Source: a virus (taxonomy: Duplodnaviria; Caudoviricetes). Taken from it: a stretch of DNA of 36,616 bases. The position numbers were made by a program, and so were the translations under genes. The notes below the pieces were generated by a model that made no database searches, was not told the DNA's origin, and saw nothing but the letters and a program-made list of their open reading frames with translations. The DNA is taken from positions 1 to 36,616 of IMG/VR virus record IMGVR_UViG_3300036798_000095, one strand, 5' to 3'. This document shows, piece by piece, positions 1 to 8,791 of the stretch. Each line of letters starts with the position of its first letter. Position 1 is the first letter of the stretch.

Positions 1-19
1 ATAGCAAACTCCAGAGTGA

Positions 20-86
20 TGGAGGTTACGGGAATCGAACCCGCGTGGATTGGCTTAGAAGTTCCGTCACTTCACCAGAAACCCCC
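20..86 (-). ncRNA. tRNA-like element (degenerate tRNA or tmRNA tRNA-like-domain mimic)
   Basis: Minus strand reads GGGGGTT-TCTGGTGAAGTGACGGAACTTCTAAGCCAATCCAC-GCGGG-TTCGATT-CCCGT-AACCTCC-A. It has a 7-bp acceptor stem with G3-U70, a canonical T-arm and a CTTCTAA loop-like heptamer, but no D stem or paired anticodon stem and no encoded CCA. Confidence 0.6.
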
Positions 87-91
87 ATAGG

Positions 92-116
92 TGGAGCGGG
101 GGTGTGCCCCGCTCCA
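92..116. terminator. GC-rich hairpin downstream of the SSB-like gene (terminator or processing stem)
   Basis: TGGAGCGGGG-GTGTG-CCCCGCTCCA is a perfect 10-bp stem. There is no U-tract on the minus strand. Confidence 0.45.
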
Positions 117-127
117 GTTTGGTCTGG

Positions 128-877
128 TTAGACCGTTGCGTCAGTCTCGGGCGTCGTGTCCGACGACCGATCCACTCCACGTTCTCCGCGCTGTACGGAA
201 TCGTACACCGACTGTGCACGGTCGTATACGTCCTTCGGCACGTAGCCTACGGGCGAAACCTCGAAGTTCCAGTAGTCACCCTTCGGCCCGGACGCTTCGA
301 CAGCCGTAAGCCGGTAAGCTCGGGCGTATCGATCACCGGGAACCATTTGCACGAGCGAGTTCAGCTTGCGCGAGATTTTGCGCTTGCTGCGCGCCATGCT
401 TAGCACCGCCTCTTCCAGTCGCCCATTCGGGTGGACGATGTAGACGAAATGCACGTGAGTCTCGATCGTTTCGATCGTTTCGCAGTTTTCCTGCATCCGA
501 CGATCCTGTTCGGCTTCACCTTCGGTTGCAAATGCACCGCAGAACCCACCGCCCGACTTGCGATCGCGCCAATTAATAAACTCGCGACGGAACACGATCG
601 GCACGATTACGATTTGTGTACCGTAAATGTAGCCACTCACCGTGTTGAAAATCTCACCCTGCTCCGCACCCTCGATGAAATTCGGGTCGGATTTCTTCAG
701 TTGTGGGCTGAGAGCTTGCAGGACATCGATTCGAGGCAAGACGATGTCGTTGATGCCGACATTTTCATTACCGCGATCCGAATCCGGTGATACCCAATCC
801 GGGCGTTCCGTCGTGATGGCCATGCCGCCGACATCGTTCGTCTTCAGCTGTTTCTCGTTCTTCTGTGCAGTTGCCAT
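128..877 (-). CDS. phage single-stranded DNA-binding-like protein
   Basis: 249 aa with G.EN...D..LPRI.VLQALSPQ..K.DPNFIEGA..G.IFNTVS and W.DR..GGGF.G, typical of phage SSB-like proteins found next to SNF2/PolA genes. Acidic tail; GGAG RBS. Confidence 0.6.
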   Translation of the reverse strand: MATAQKNEKQLKTNDVGGMAITTERPDWVSPDSDRGNENVGINDIVLPRIDVLQALSPQLKKSDPNFIEGAEQGEIFNTVSGYIYGTQIVIVPIVFRREFINWRDRKSGGGFCGAFATEGEAEQDRRMQENCETIETIETHVHFVYIVHPNGRLEEAVLSMARSKRKISRKLNSLVQMVPGDRYARAYRLTAVEASGPKGDYWNFEVSPVGYVPKDVYDRAQSVYDSVQRGERGVDRSSDTTPETDATV

Positions 878-890
878 GTCTATTCTCCGT

Positions 891-1286
891 TCACTTTACG
901 TACAATACTGCCCGCGAAAAAGCCTTCACTACCAAGATGTCGGCGGGCAATTCGACACCGTTGATGATCTGTTCTTTGCAGAAGGCTTTGAGGGTTTGGT
1001 GGTTGACTGTTGGAACGATCAGCGCACCGTTGCCAGTGTCCGTCAGCCACTGGTGCAGTGACATCTTCTCATGCACGCTGACGGACAGATCGGATTGCAG
1101 GGTACAACGACCCTTGTTGCCAAACTCGCCGGAGATGCTCCGGATATCCTGCTCGGCCATGGTGTTTGGAATATCAAACAGCCGTAGCTTGTCGTATTCC
1201 TTCTGCAGCAGGCCCTTCTGCTCGTCGAGGATGTCGATGTGCGATTGCAACTCGTCCATCTTGAGGATAAGATTAACCAAGTTCAC
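891..1286 (-). CDS. conserved phage replication-module protein
   Basis: 131 aa with an N-terminal coiled coil, IP..M.E and VNHQTLKAF.KEQ, a pattern often seen directly upstream of this SSB-like family. Confidence 0.6.
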   Translation of the reverse strand: MNLVNLILKMDELQSHIDILDEQKGLLQKEYDKLRLFDIPNTMAEQDIRSISGEFGNKGRCTLQSDLSVSVHEKMSLHQWLTDTGNGALIVPTVNHQTLKAFCKEQIINGVELPADILVVKAFSRAVLYVK

Positions 1287-1632
1287 TGGTTTTCTCCTCA
1301 GTCGTCACGATGATTGACTGCTCACCCGTGATCGGCTGGCCTTCGAAGAAAGCCTTCATCCACATCTCGGTGTACCCTTGAAACAGGTGGGCGATCGGAA
1401 TTTGCAGCGTAATGGACGAACCATCCTCTGCTACTTCGAACTCACCGGCCATCGATGCTACCGGGTTGCACTGCAGAAAGTCAACTGCACACATCACGAA
1501 CATCATGAGGTGGGTGTCGGACTTCATCGCTTCCACCAACTCGGTGTCCACGATGTCAACTTCCATCTGCTGCTTGAGTACATCATCGAAGCGGCCTTGC
1601 AACTTCTCGCGTATCTGTTCTATGTTCATCAT
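1273..1632 (-). CDS. hypothetical protein
   Basis: 119-aa acidic ORF packed between neighbours, with an ATGA overlap with the helicase stop. Confidence 0.65.
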   Translation of the reverse strand: MMNIEQIREKLQGRFDDVLKQQMEVDIVDTELVEAMKSDTHLMMFVMCAVDFLQCNPVASMAGEFEVAEDGSSITLQIPIAHLFQGYTEMWMKAFFEGQPITGEQSIIVTTEEKTSELG

Positions 1633-3170
1633 TCGAATGCGTCCAATATACTGGTTGGGTTGGTTAGATTGGCGGTTACAAAGTCCGCCATGGTCTGCTT
1701 GCGCTCTGCAATCTGCTTGATCGCCCGGTCGAGCTTCGACTCGGCCATGATGCGGATCGTAGCAGTTTCGTACTCCTGCCCGATGCGGTGGATTCGCTTT
1801 TCGGACTGGACTTCCTCCTCGAAGTTAAAAGTTCCCGAGTATTTCACTAATATCCGGGCCGCTGTGAGCGTGAAGCCTACCGATCCCATTGCGTACGTAG
1901 ATACGAAGCACTGGACCGCTGGATCGGACTGAAACTTGTTGACTCGTTCTTGAATGTTGTCGGTGTCGGAGCCGATGCGCAGGACACCAAACCGCTGGAG
2001 TTTGGCTTCGACTAGCTTTGCCTCTGCCACGAACCGGGTGAAGACCACGATCTTTAGATCGGTGCCTTCCACTATCTCAACCAGTTCATCTAGCTTGTTG
2101 TTTGGCACCGGCACGAGCCGGCCATCGGCCATCGGAAAGAATCCGCCAAGAATTTGCGCGCCACGAGTGTAATAAGCCAGCGCATTGGCGACGGTCAGCT
2201 TGCTGCCGGCCATTTCTGTCTTCATCTGGCTCTTCAGTTCTTGCAACAGACGCCGTTGCTCGGGTGTCATTTGCACGACACGTTCTTCGCGCGCCATCGG
2301 CGGCAGCTTGACAGGTTCACGCACCACATGTGTGTAAGGAGCCACTGCTTTCAGCAGCTCATCGAGATTCTGGTATGCAACAATCTGCTTACCCTCGAAC
2401 CCGCCCATGACGCAGTAGCGGTTCCGGAACGCGTAGTACGATCGGAAGCCTGTGATTTTGGGATCGAGGAAATAGTACTGGCTGTACAGGTCTTCGACGC
2501 CCTTCGTGAGCGGAGTGCCTGTCAGTATTGCGCGCGAGTAGGCATGCTTGCCTATTTCGTACATCACTCGCGACCGTTTGGCCGTCGAGTTCTTGATGCG
2601 TTGCGATTCATCGACCGCGATTGCCAAACGGCTGTGACTTGCCTGCACTAATTCACCGGGCAGCTTGCCCGCCGATAGACTCAACACGCCATAGACTTTG
2701 ATTACGTCCTTCATCGCTGGAACCCAGAGTTTGATCTGGTCGTGCCAGTTGCCGATGATGGAGTTCGGGCAGATTACCCACGCTTCATCGATCTTGCCTT
2801 CCTCGTACCACTGCTGCCACAATTCCAGCAGCGTGCGTGATTTGCCACTGCCCATTTCGTGGAAGAAGGCAAATTCCGTCTTGCTGTACGAGAGACTCAG
2901 CCCCTCTAGCTGGTGAGGTAGAATTCCCTCGGGCGTGATCGGAAATGGTTGAGCGGGGGCTGGCGGTGGTGGCTCGGTCCGCGCAGCTGTTAGCGCGTCC
3001 GGTTTGAAGTCTGTTGGTAGGAAGCACCCTGTCAGGAATCGTCGGTTAGCTGCGGTGTTTGGCAGTACCCATATCTTCTTGCCGGGTTTATATACTCGAT
3101 CTGGTGCACCCTTTGCTCGGAATGACCATGCGCCGGGTATTTCAAAAGAATTGTCTTGAAAAGCTATCAT
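1629..3170 (-). CDS. SNF2-family (SF2) DNA helicase
   Basis: HEMGSGKS (Walker A), VDESQRIKN (Walker B), LTGTP, GFTLTAA and QSEKRIHRIGQ (motif VI). Start placed at ATG 3170, downstream of the promoter. Confidence 0.9.
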   Translation of the reverse strand: MIAFQDNSFEIPGAWSFRAKGAPDRVYKPGKKIWVLPNTAANRRFLTGCFLPTDFKPDALTAARTEPPPPAPAQPFPITPEGILPHQLEGLSLSYSKTEFAFFHEMGSGKSRTLLELWQQWYEEGKIDEAWVICPNSIIGNWHDQIKLWVPAMKDVIKVYGVLSLSAGKLPGELVQASHSRLAIAVDESQRIKNSTAKRSRVMYEIGKHAYSRAILTGTPLTKGVEDLYSQYYFLDPKITGFRSYYAFRNRYCVMGGFEGKQIVAYQNLDELLKAVAPYTHVVREPVKLPPMAREERVVQMTPEQRRLLQELKSQMKTEMAGSKLTVANALAYYTRGAQILGGFFPMADGRLVPVPNNKLDELVEIVEGTDLKIVVFTRFVAEAKLVEAKLQRFGVLRIGSDTDNIQERVNKFQSDPAVQCFVSTYAMGSVGFTLTAARILVKYSGTFNFEEEVQSEKRIHRIGQEYETATIRIMAESKLDRAIKQIAERKQTMADFVTANLTNPTSILDAFE

Positions 3171-3213
3171 GGTATTCCGGCGTTTAGTAGAGTCAGGTGG
3201 CGGGCGAGCTTTT

Positions 3214-3242
3214 ATTATACCACACCCGCCACCGTCTGTCAA
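3214..3242 (-). promoter_or_regulatory. sigma70-type promoter
   Basis: TTGACA-17 nt-TATAAT with extended -10 TG, upstream of the helicase. Confidence 0.85.
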
Positions 3243-3254
3243 GTATGGCAGTAA

Positions 3255-3695
3255 TCAGAATGCGCCGGGAGCGACCTGAAAAGTAGGAATCTTGAAATTG
3301 CGCCACATCGCAACAACAGAATCTCGATCATCGAAGATTGCCGCGATGCTTGCTCGATCACCTGCTTCTAAACCAAACAGCCAGCCACGTTTCAAATGCT
3401 CATCGGGCTGGTGGTCGCCGTCAGGCCGCATGCGTAGTTCATCATACATCACGCCGCGTTCTTTGAGCCACTCTTCGGTTTCAGCCCGAACGATGTCGGA
3501 CCGGCCTGACCAAATCCAAATGTCATGCCCGGATTCGAACAAGCAGTTCAGTGTCTCGATGACAGGTACGTTTGGAAAGTCATCGACGCAAGCAGCAAAG
3601 AATGCCTGCCAGTCTTTGTCATTACCGGCCACTAGGTGGCGGCGGTGGTCGATCAGGGCGACCGTTCCATCAAGATCAAAAATGAATATGGACAT
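3255..3695 (-). CDS. HAD-superfamily phosphatase (T4 PNKP 3'-phosphatase-like)
   Basis: IFDLDGT motif I, WSGR motif II, conserved K, and IFDDR motif IV. Confidence 0.85.
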   Translation of the reverse strand: MSIFIFDLDGTVALIDHRRHLVAGNDKDWQAFFAACVDDFPNVPVIETLNCLFESGHDIWIWSGRSDIVRAETEEWLKERGVMYDELRMRPDGDHQPDEHLKRGWLFGLEAGDRASIAAIFDDRDSVVAMWRNFKIPTFQVAPGAF

Positions 3696-3712
3696 GCTTC
3701 TGACAATCCTCT

Positions 3713-3919
3713 TCAGGTGTTTCCGACTGTGTACAGGAAGCACGGGTTATTTTTCCGGTGAACGACGCCAATATCGAGTGGGTGACCACAGGTGCAGATC
3801 ATTTGACCAGCAGCCTCAACCGCATTCGCCATCGCAGCATCGTCCTTCTTGCCGGTTGCTTTGTCGCGTTCGTACACGAAAATCAGGGTTGCTAATACTT
3901 CGTTAGGGATATCGAACAT
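3713..3919 (-). CDS. hypothetical protein with Cys/His-rich C-terminus
   Basis: AGGAG RBS before ATG 3919; CTCGH...H...C pattern. Confidence 0.55.
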   Translation of the reverse strand: MFDIPNEVLATLIFVYERDKATGKKDDAAMANAVEAAGQMICTCGHPLDIGVVHRKNNPCFLYTVGNT

Positions 3920-3929
3920 GAAAGTTCTC

Positions 3930-4241
3930 CTATTTGCCGAACACTCGATCGAAAATCGAGCGATGTCGTTCACGTTCCAGTTCAGCCAGCATTTTGTCAC
4001 ACGCGCTGCGCCAGTGCGAAACCTCTTGTTCGAGGGTTACAATGCGATCGTTTTGCACCATAATGCTGGTGGCTTGCCGTCCGATTTCGTTCTCATACCG
4101 AATGTTGTTAGCCACTGCGGTACGCACTTTGGCTACGAGTTCGTCGACAATTTCAGGCCGGCTGGTCGAGAAACGCAGGAGCGTAATACGCTCCCACATT
4201 TCTGGTGATAAGCTATCGGGCTGGGCGGGGGCGTCCATCAC
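3930..4241 (-). CDS. hypothetical coiled-coil protein
   Basis: 103-aa ORF coupled to the upstream gene by a 4-nt overlap. Confidence 0.6.
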   Translation of the reverse strand: MMDAPAQPDSLSPEMWERITLLRFSTSRPEIVDELVAKVRTAVANNIRYENEIGRQATSIMVQNDRIVTLEQEVSHWRSACDKMLAELERERHRSIFDRVFGK

Positions 4242-4429
4242 TCGGTCGTTGAAGCTGGAACCTGCACGCCGTGTTCCAGCGCCTTGCGCAGGATATCGGT
4301 CAGGTCGTGTCGGTTGGTCGTCGAATGGAACCAGTCGATCGCGTACTTCACTGATTCGTACGTCGGGGCTTCACTGGCTGCTTCTTCCGCCGGTTCAGCT
4401 GCTTTGGGTTTGGTCTTGTCAACCATCAC
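4238..4429 (-). CDS. hypothetical protein
   Basis: 63-aa ORF with 4-nt overlaps on both sides and a GAGGAG RBS. Confidence 0.6.
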   Translation of the reverse strand: MMVDKTKPKAAEPAEEAASEAPTYESVKYAIDWFHSTTNRHDLTDILRKALEHGVQVPASTTE

Positions 4430-4986
4430 GCTACTCCTCGTTGTAGTGATTCAAGACGCATCAGCGAGTCACGAACCGTGAAAGCTTGGTACGTGGCATC
4501 GTCCAGTGCGTTGTGGTGTGTCCCGGTGTTTGGCGGTCGGCGTTGCGGCAAGCAGGCTGTGATTGTTCGCCCACACCGATTCATCCGATACGGCCACGGG
4601 ACTGGAACGCCGTATTCGCGATATAGAGATTGGAGCATTGCATTATCGAAGTCTGAGCCAAACCCCCAGACGCCCGAAAGACTAGGGATCGATCGGAACC
4701 AGTCGGCAAACTGACGCAATACGGTCAGCGTGTCCTTTCCGGGACCAACGTAAGCTTCTTGAGCCTCTCGCGACTGCTTTTCCCACCACTGGACGGTCGA
4801 GGGTGAGATAGAACGGCCGTGTTCAATCTGGGTCGGCTGCTCCAGCACCGCGTAGAACGTTTTGACCACTCCACCGACAAGAGTGAAGGCGGCTGCACCG
4901 ATGGAAAGAACGACCGCATCAGGTTGCAGACTAAGTGATTCAAGGTCAATCGACACGTGGACTGGATGTTGCGGGGTCTCGTACAT
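4426..4986 (-). CDS. DEDDh 3'-5' exonuclease
   Basis: SIDLESL (Exo I), WGFGSDFD (Exo II) and HHNALDDA (Exo III). Start at 4986 is likely; the ORF is open to 5067. Confidence 0.85.
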   Translation of the reverse strand: MYETPQHPVHVSIDLESLSLQPDAVVLSIGAAAFTLVGGVVKTFYAVLEQPTQIEHGRSISPSTVQWWEKQSREAQEAYVGPGKDTLTVLRQFADWFRSIPSLSGVWGFGSDFDNAMLQSLYREYGVPVPWPYRMNRCGRTITACLPQRRPPNTGTHHNALDDATYQAFTVRDSLMRLESLQRGVA

Positions 4987-5149
4987 CGGCTTCGTCTCCG
5001 AGTTTGGTTTGTCGGGTTTTGAGTGTGAATAAGACGCTTGAAGCACGCCGGATAATGAGAGCTTCATTCGATGTCACCCATTCACTCATGGAGACTTCGT
5101 TCAAGTCGCCGGTGATTTGGTCTAGGAAATCATCCGAGTATCGAATCAT
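4946..5149 (-). CDS. hypothetical protein
   Basis: 67-aa ORF starting by ATGA overlap with the upstream gene. Confidence 0.45.
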   Translation of the reverse strand: MIRYSDDFLDQITGDLNEVSMSEWVTSNEALIIRRASSVLFTLKTRQTKLGDEADVRDPATSSPRVD

Positions 5150-5400
5150 CGGCGTTCACCCACAACAGAGTGACTCGGCAGGACAGTCACGCCGAGGTCT
5201 TCGCGGTGGAAGTTGTTATCGTCACAGCCGAAGTAGGCTTGATGCGTAGCGGCATCTTCCTGCTCTTGCGACTGGACGTACTGTTGGCCGAGTTGATTCC
5301 ACCGAATGACGGTGGCGTTGCCGACATCATAAAGGTCGGCGGGGGCTGTGAATCCGTACTCAACAAAGTGCACTAGGGCACCGGTATAAACGCAGGACAT
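5146..5400 (-). CDS. hypothetical protein
   Basis: AAGGAG RBS before ATG 5400, directly after the terminator. Confidence 0.55.
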   Translation of the reverse strand: MSCVYTGALVHFVEYGFTAPADLYDVGNATVIRWNQLGQQYVQSQEQEDAATHQAYFGCDDNNFHREDLGVTVLPSHSVVGERR

Positions 5401-5413
5401 GAAAGTCTCCTTC

Positions 5414-5441
5414 AAAAAAGGGGGCGGGATGGTCCCGCCCC
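5414..5441 (-). terminator. intrinsic terminator
   Basis: GGGGCGGGA-CCA-TCCCGCCCC stem followed by C and T6 on the minus strand, downstream of 5475..5948. Confidence 0.85.
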
Positions 5442-5474
5442 ATTGGCCACTGCCAGTGCCTAACTGATGAAACC

Positions 5475-5948
5475 TTATGCTTCGGGCTGCGCCTGAGCCT
5501 TCACCGGCTTGCTAGCATTGCGCTTGCGAGTGGTGGGGGCTTCTTCTTTCTGGTCTTCAGCCTTGGCGGCTGCAGCGGCCTTTGCGGCTGCTTCAGCTTC
5601 TTCGTCGTATTCGGCCACGGGTTCACCATAGACTTCGGTGACGCGGTCTTCGGTCAGCGGGTCCTTGGTCAGCTGCATCAGGTGACGCAGCTTGTTGCCG
5701 ATCAGCATGCGCTGTTGGCCGATGTTGAGGTGGTTCCACTTCTCGAAGTCGATGTCGAGCTTCTCGGCACCGGCCTTGATTTCGTCGATGTTCTTGCCGG
5801 CGAGCGTGCGGGCAATGAAGTCATCGGTACGGTGAGTGCGCTTGCCGTTGCCGGACTTGTCACGAACGTAACGGGCGATGTCAGGGCGGATAACGGTCTT
5901 GTGGGTGACTTCCTCAGTCGCCTCGACCTGCTCGGTCTTGTCATTCAT
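5475..5948 (-). CDS. unknown protein, paralog of 9317..9852
   Basis: 157 aa containing HLNIGQQRMLIGNKLR; own promoter, RBS and terminator; Ala/Glu/Lys-rich tail. Confidence 0.8.
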   Translation of the reverse strand: MNDKTEQVEATEEVTHKTVIRPDIARYVRDKSGNGKRTHRTDDFIARTLAGKNIDEIKAGAEKLDIDFEKWNHLNIGQQRMLIGNKLRHLMQLTKDPLTEDRVTEVYGEPVAEYDEEAEAAAKAAAAAKAEDQKEEAPTTRKRNASKPVKAQAQPEA

Positions 5949-6000
5949 ATTGTGTCTCCGATGGGATTGGGTGGGCTAGGCGGTTAGCGTCTAGGCTTTT

Positions 6001-6029
6001 AGTATACCACAGGCTGGCACGCCTGTCAA
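6001..6029 (-). promoter_or_regulatory. sigma70-type promoter
   Basis: TTGACA-17 nt-TATACT with extended -10 TG. Confidence 0.85.
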
Positions 6030-6574
6030 GTATATGAGTGGGCTGCGATATCATGTTCTAGTTGAAGCCGGCGTTTGATCTTCTTCCAGTCGGTCCACAA
6101 TACGCCGTTGCTGATAGCTTCCTGTACGATATTGTAGAGCTTGACTAATTCTTCGTCTGTACCATTAATCTCGGCACCGGGTATTGTCGCGTACGACCAT
6201 GCGACGTTAGCCATGACACGTAATTCATCGTTATGCCCGGTCAGATGTTTCACATACTCTTCGATGCCATCAAACCATACGTACGGTGACACACTAGTTA
6301 CTGCAGCATCAAAGTCACGCTCGAATGTGAAATATTTGATTCCTGCCGATGCCCATTGCTTCATATAGGGCATGCCATCAGCAAACAGTGCGTATGGCAC
6401 GAAGCTTTCACCATCTACTGATTCGGCATACATTGACTGAAACCACTTTAGTTGCGGCTGCGTTATTTCTTCGAGTCCAAGCGATCGGGCGATGCCGATG
6501 GCACGAATAAACGCGACCGGGTCAGTCACCGTGTAGAATCGACCCTTTTGTGAAATTAGTGACATCTTATTCAT
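6026..6574 (-). CDS. hypothetical protein
   Basis: About 182-aa ORF starting at ATG 6574, just after the upstream stop. No recognised motif. Confidence 0.65.
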   Translation of the reverse strand: MNKMSLISQKGRFYTVTDPVAFIRAIGIARSLGLEEITQPQLKWFQSMYAESVDGESFVPYALFADGMPYMKQWASAGIKYFTFERDFDAAVTSVSPYVWFDGIEEYVKHLTGHNDELRVMANVAWSYATIPGAEINGTDEELVKLYNIVQEAISNGVLWTDWKKIKRRLQLEHDIAAHSYT

Positions 6575-6576
6575 AG

Positions 6577-6786
6577 TTAGTCCAGTTCTTCGGTTGTTGC
6601 CATGATAAGCTTGAATGCTGTGTTGCGCCGCATATTGTGCATGCGTTCTGCTTTCCACAGCGCGTCTTTATTGGCTTGGTTCGGATGTTCGGCGTAGCGC
6701 AGTTTGGCTAGGTAATGTGACACTGCGGCATCATCCAAACGCATAAGCAAACGATGGACGTATCCTTCGCGTGTGTGTGCCATCAA
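6577..6786 (-). CDS. hypothetical protein
   Basis: 69-aa ORF in the tightly packed early operon. Confidence 0.55.
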   Translation of the reverse strand: MMAHTREGYVHRLLMRLDDAAVSHYLAKLRYAEHPNQANKDALWKAERMHNMRRNTAFKLIMATTEELD

Positions 6787-7331
6787 TGTGTCCTCTCGAT
6801 CTTTTCAAGGTCTTCGATCGTCGGACAGTGTATGTTCAGCCGACCGTCTTCCAGCGCCTGCAGCGCCTGACCCTTTTGAATGATGGCCATCTGCATCTTG
6901 TCCATCTTCTCCTTGGGTGCTTTATCGTGTGCGTTGTTCATGCTCATCGCAAGCGCATGGGCGTACTCGTCCTGCAGCACGCGTGGCATTTGAACATACA
7001 CGTTGATGAGGTTTTCGGTCCACTTGCCAATCGGCACGTTCTCAACCGGGTAGTCTTCACCTTCCATTGCGACGATGCCATTCACAAACCAGTCGGACAG
7101 AATCAGCCGATGCAGCAAGCAGTTGCTGCCTTCGTACAGCGTGAACAGTGCCCAGTCTTGTTCATCTGCGGGTTTGGTTGTGTCAACGTTGGCCGACATA
7201 ACGGCCGCGTAACAGCGATAGACCAAACGTAGATTTGACGGGTCGAGTTGGATGCCATTGAACACGATTGATGTTCGCACGATGGCGACAGCGTTGAAGT
7301 CGTCGTACAGGGGCCTTTCTTTCTCAATCAT
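6783..7331 (-). CDS. hypothetical protein
   Basis: 182-aa ORF overlapping both neighbours by a few nt. Confidence 0.65.
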   Translation of the reverse strand: MIEKERPLYDDFNAVAIVRTSIVFNGIQLDPSNLRLVYRCYAAVMSANVDTTKPADEQDWALFTLYEGSNCLLHRLILSDWFVNGIVAMEGEDYPVENVPIGKWTENLINVYVQMPRVLQDEYAHALAMSMNNAHDKAPKEKMDKMQMAIIQKGQALQALEDGRLNIHCPTIEDLEKIERTH

Positions 7332-7674
7332 GGTGCAAATCCTCTTCTTGTTCTTTTATCAGTTTGGTGATGCAGAAGTCGATGAGTTGAATGCGGTAGC
7401 TGCGACCAAACCCCTGCCAGATGTCGATCATCCGTTCATTCATATCGGCACGCGGGATCGGGTAGCAGTGAATTCCGCTGTGGTGCGGCCAGTCTTCATA
7501 TAGCTCGTACAGAACTGCGTAGATTTCTGCAACCGGGCACAGGGCGTAATCGTCGCGAACGTTAAGCCAAACGTTGCGGCAGATTCCCGCACCTAGTTCG
7601 GGTATGTTGTCCTCTTCCACTTGCAGGCCGAGTTTCATCAGCGCATTCAGGATAGCTTCGCGTTGCAGATTCAT
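7324..7674 (-). CDS. hypothetical protein
   Basis: Start at ATG 7674 by ATGA coupling; about 116 aa. Confidence 0.6.
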   Translation of the reverse strand: MNLQREAILNALMKLGLQVEEDNIPELGAGICRNVWLNVRDDYALCPVAEIYAVLYELYEDWPHHSGIHCYPIPRADMNERMIDIWQGFGRSYRIQLIDFCITKLIKEQEEDLHHD

Positions 7675-7877
7675 GCTTCTTCTTCTATTGTGATGTGGAT
7701 TTTGCCGCTGTCGACTAGTCGCAGGTATTTTCTGATGGCAGCAGTGTCGAAGTCCATGCAACATCCGCCATATTCGCCTGATTCGAGGTCGATGTAGGGG
7801 CCGTAAACTTGCAGGCCGACTGACTCCAAATATTGGACGACGGCGACGATGGTTCCGGTTTTAGGCTTGCGTGGCAT
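7671..7877 (-). CDS. hypothetical protein
   Basis: 68 aa with an AAGGA RBS. Confidence 0.6.
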   Translation of the reverse strand: MPRKPKTGTIVAVVQYLESVGLQVYGPYIDLESGEYGGCCMDFDTAAIRKYLRLVDSGKIHITIEEEA

Positions 7878-8082
7878 TTGTGATCCTTTCGATGCGGGCT
7901 AGGGCTTGCGATACGTAGTCATGTGCTTCTTTCGGCACGCGGTAGAACACGGTACTTCCCCCGGCAGTTAGCCCGTTCAGAAAGTTGTCGCGGAGAATGC
8001 GGGTCACTCCGGGGTCATGTTCATCCAGCGAGTCTAGTTGCTCCTGCGACAGGAACAGGTTGCGGTCTGGTATCTCACGCAT
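7861..8082 (-). CDS. hypothetical protein
   Basis: 73 aa with a GGAG RBS. Confidence 0.6.
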   Translation of the reverse strand: MREIPDRNLFLSQEQLDSLDEHDPGVTRILRDNFLNGLTAGGSTVFYRVPKEAHDYVSQALARIERITNATQA

Positions 8083-8482
8083 CGTTGATCTCCACGTTCA
8101 TAATTCTCGACCAGAGGTTCGAGGCTTCATCAGCGGCATCTTCTGGGTCTTCGACTGCGCCGATGCGTGCACATTCTACGCCGATCCACGCCAAATGGTC
8201 AAACTTCTCGGCACGTTCCATGGCGAGTGCATCGACTAGGTTTGCGACGACCCAGCGGGTTTCGGTGCCGCCGAAGATCATTTCAGGGTCGCAGCCAAAC
8301 TCATCCTCGATGGCGAGGGTGCACGCGATGTACTTCGATTGGAAGGTGATTTCAGCGGGCAGAATTGCGCCAACGGGTCGATGTTTGCGGATTTGGCTGC
8401 GGGCATAGTCGCGGAGTTCTTGCTCGGCACGTTCAATGCGGGTGTCTAGCTGGTGCTGCGATTCCATGTTTAAATCCTTCAT
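8075..8482 (-). CDS. hypothetical protein, first gene behind the 8527-8555 promoter
   Basis: 135-aa acidic ORF; an alternative start at ATG 8468 has an AAGGA RBS. Confidence 0.65.
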   Translation of the reverse strand: MKDLNMESQHQLDTRIERAEQELRDYARSQIRKHRPVGAILPAEITFQSKYIACTLAIEDEFGCDPEMIFGGTETRWVVANLVDALAMERAEKFDHLAWIGVECARIGAVEDPEDAADEASNLWSRIMNVEINDA

Positions 8483-8526
8483 TCGAAATATAGGGAGGGA
8501 GTCTCTGTCTCCCCTACCAGACTTAC

Positions 8527-8555
8527 ATTATAACACGCGACAGACACGCTGTCAA
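8527..8555 (-). promoter_or_regulatory. sigma70-type promoter
   Basis: TTGACA-17 nt-TATAAT with TG; shares CTCATATACTTGACAG with the 6001-6029 promoter. Confidence 0.85.
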
Positions 8556-8594
8556 GTATATGAGAAATATTCGCTCCGGGTGCGGGGGGTGCCC

Positions 8595-8791
8595 GGACCC
8601 AAACAATGAGGGCGGACCCACCACAGACGGCGTCAGGACGCGGCTCGGTCCGTGTGGTCCGGGGGGGTCCATACTCTAAAAAATTTACGGAGAGAGGACC
8701 CAGGATATAGGGAGGAGGTGGGTATACCTGCCAGACGCCGGTCTCGTTGTACCGTATCGGGGCGGCTCCGGACCCGGCACCCGCCGGGACC
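8595..8791. repeat. cluster of eight GGWCC motifs around an A/T-rich core
   Basis: GGACC/GGTCC at 8595, 8614, 8647, 8656, 8666, 8696, 8770 and 8787 in an apparently non-coding stretch. Confidence 0.6.

Noticed and set aside
20-86. Functional canonical tRNA-Arg(TCT), amber suppressor or attP site
   Set aside because: The anticodon stem cannot pair in either register, the D-arm is missing, and no integrase is present.
3171-3242. N-terminal extension of the helicase from TTG 3242
   Set aside because: That TTG is the -35 box of the promoter; ATG 3170 is more plausible.
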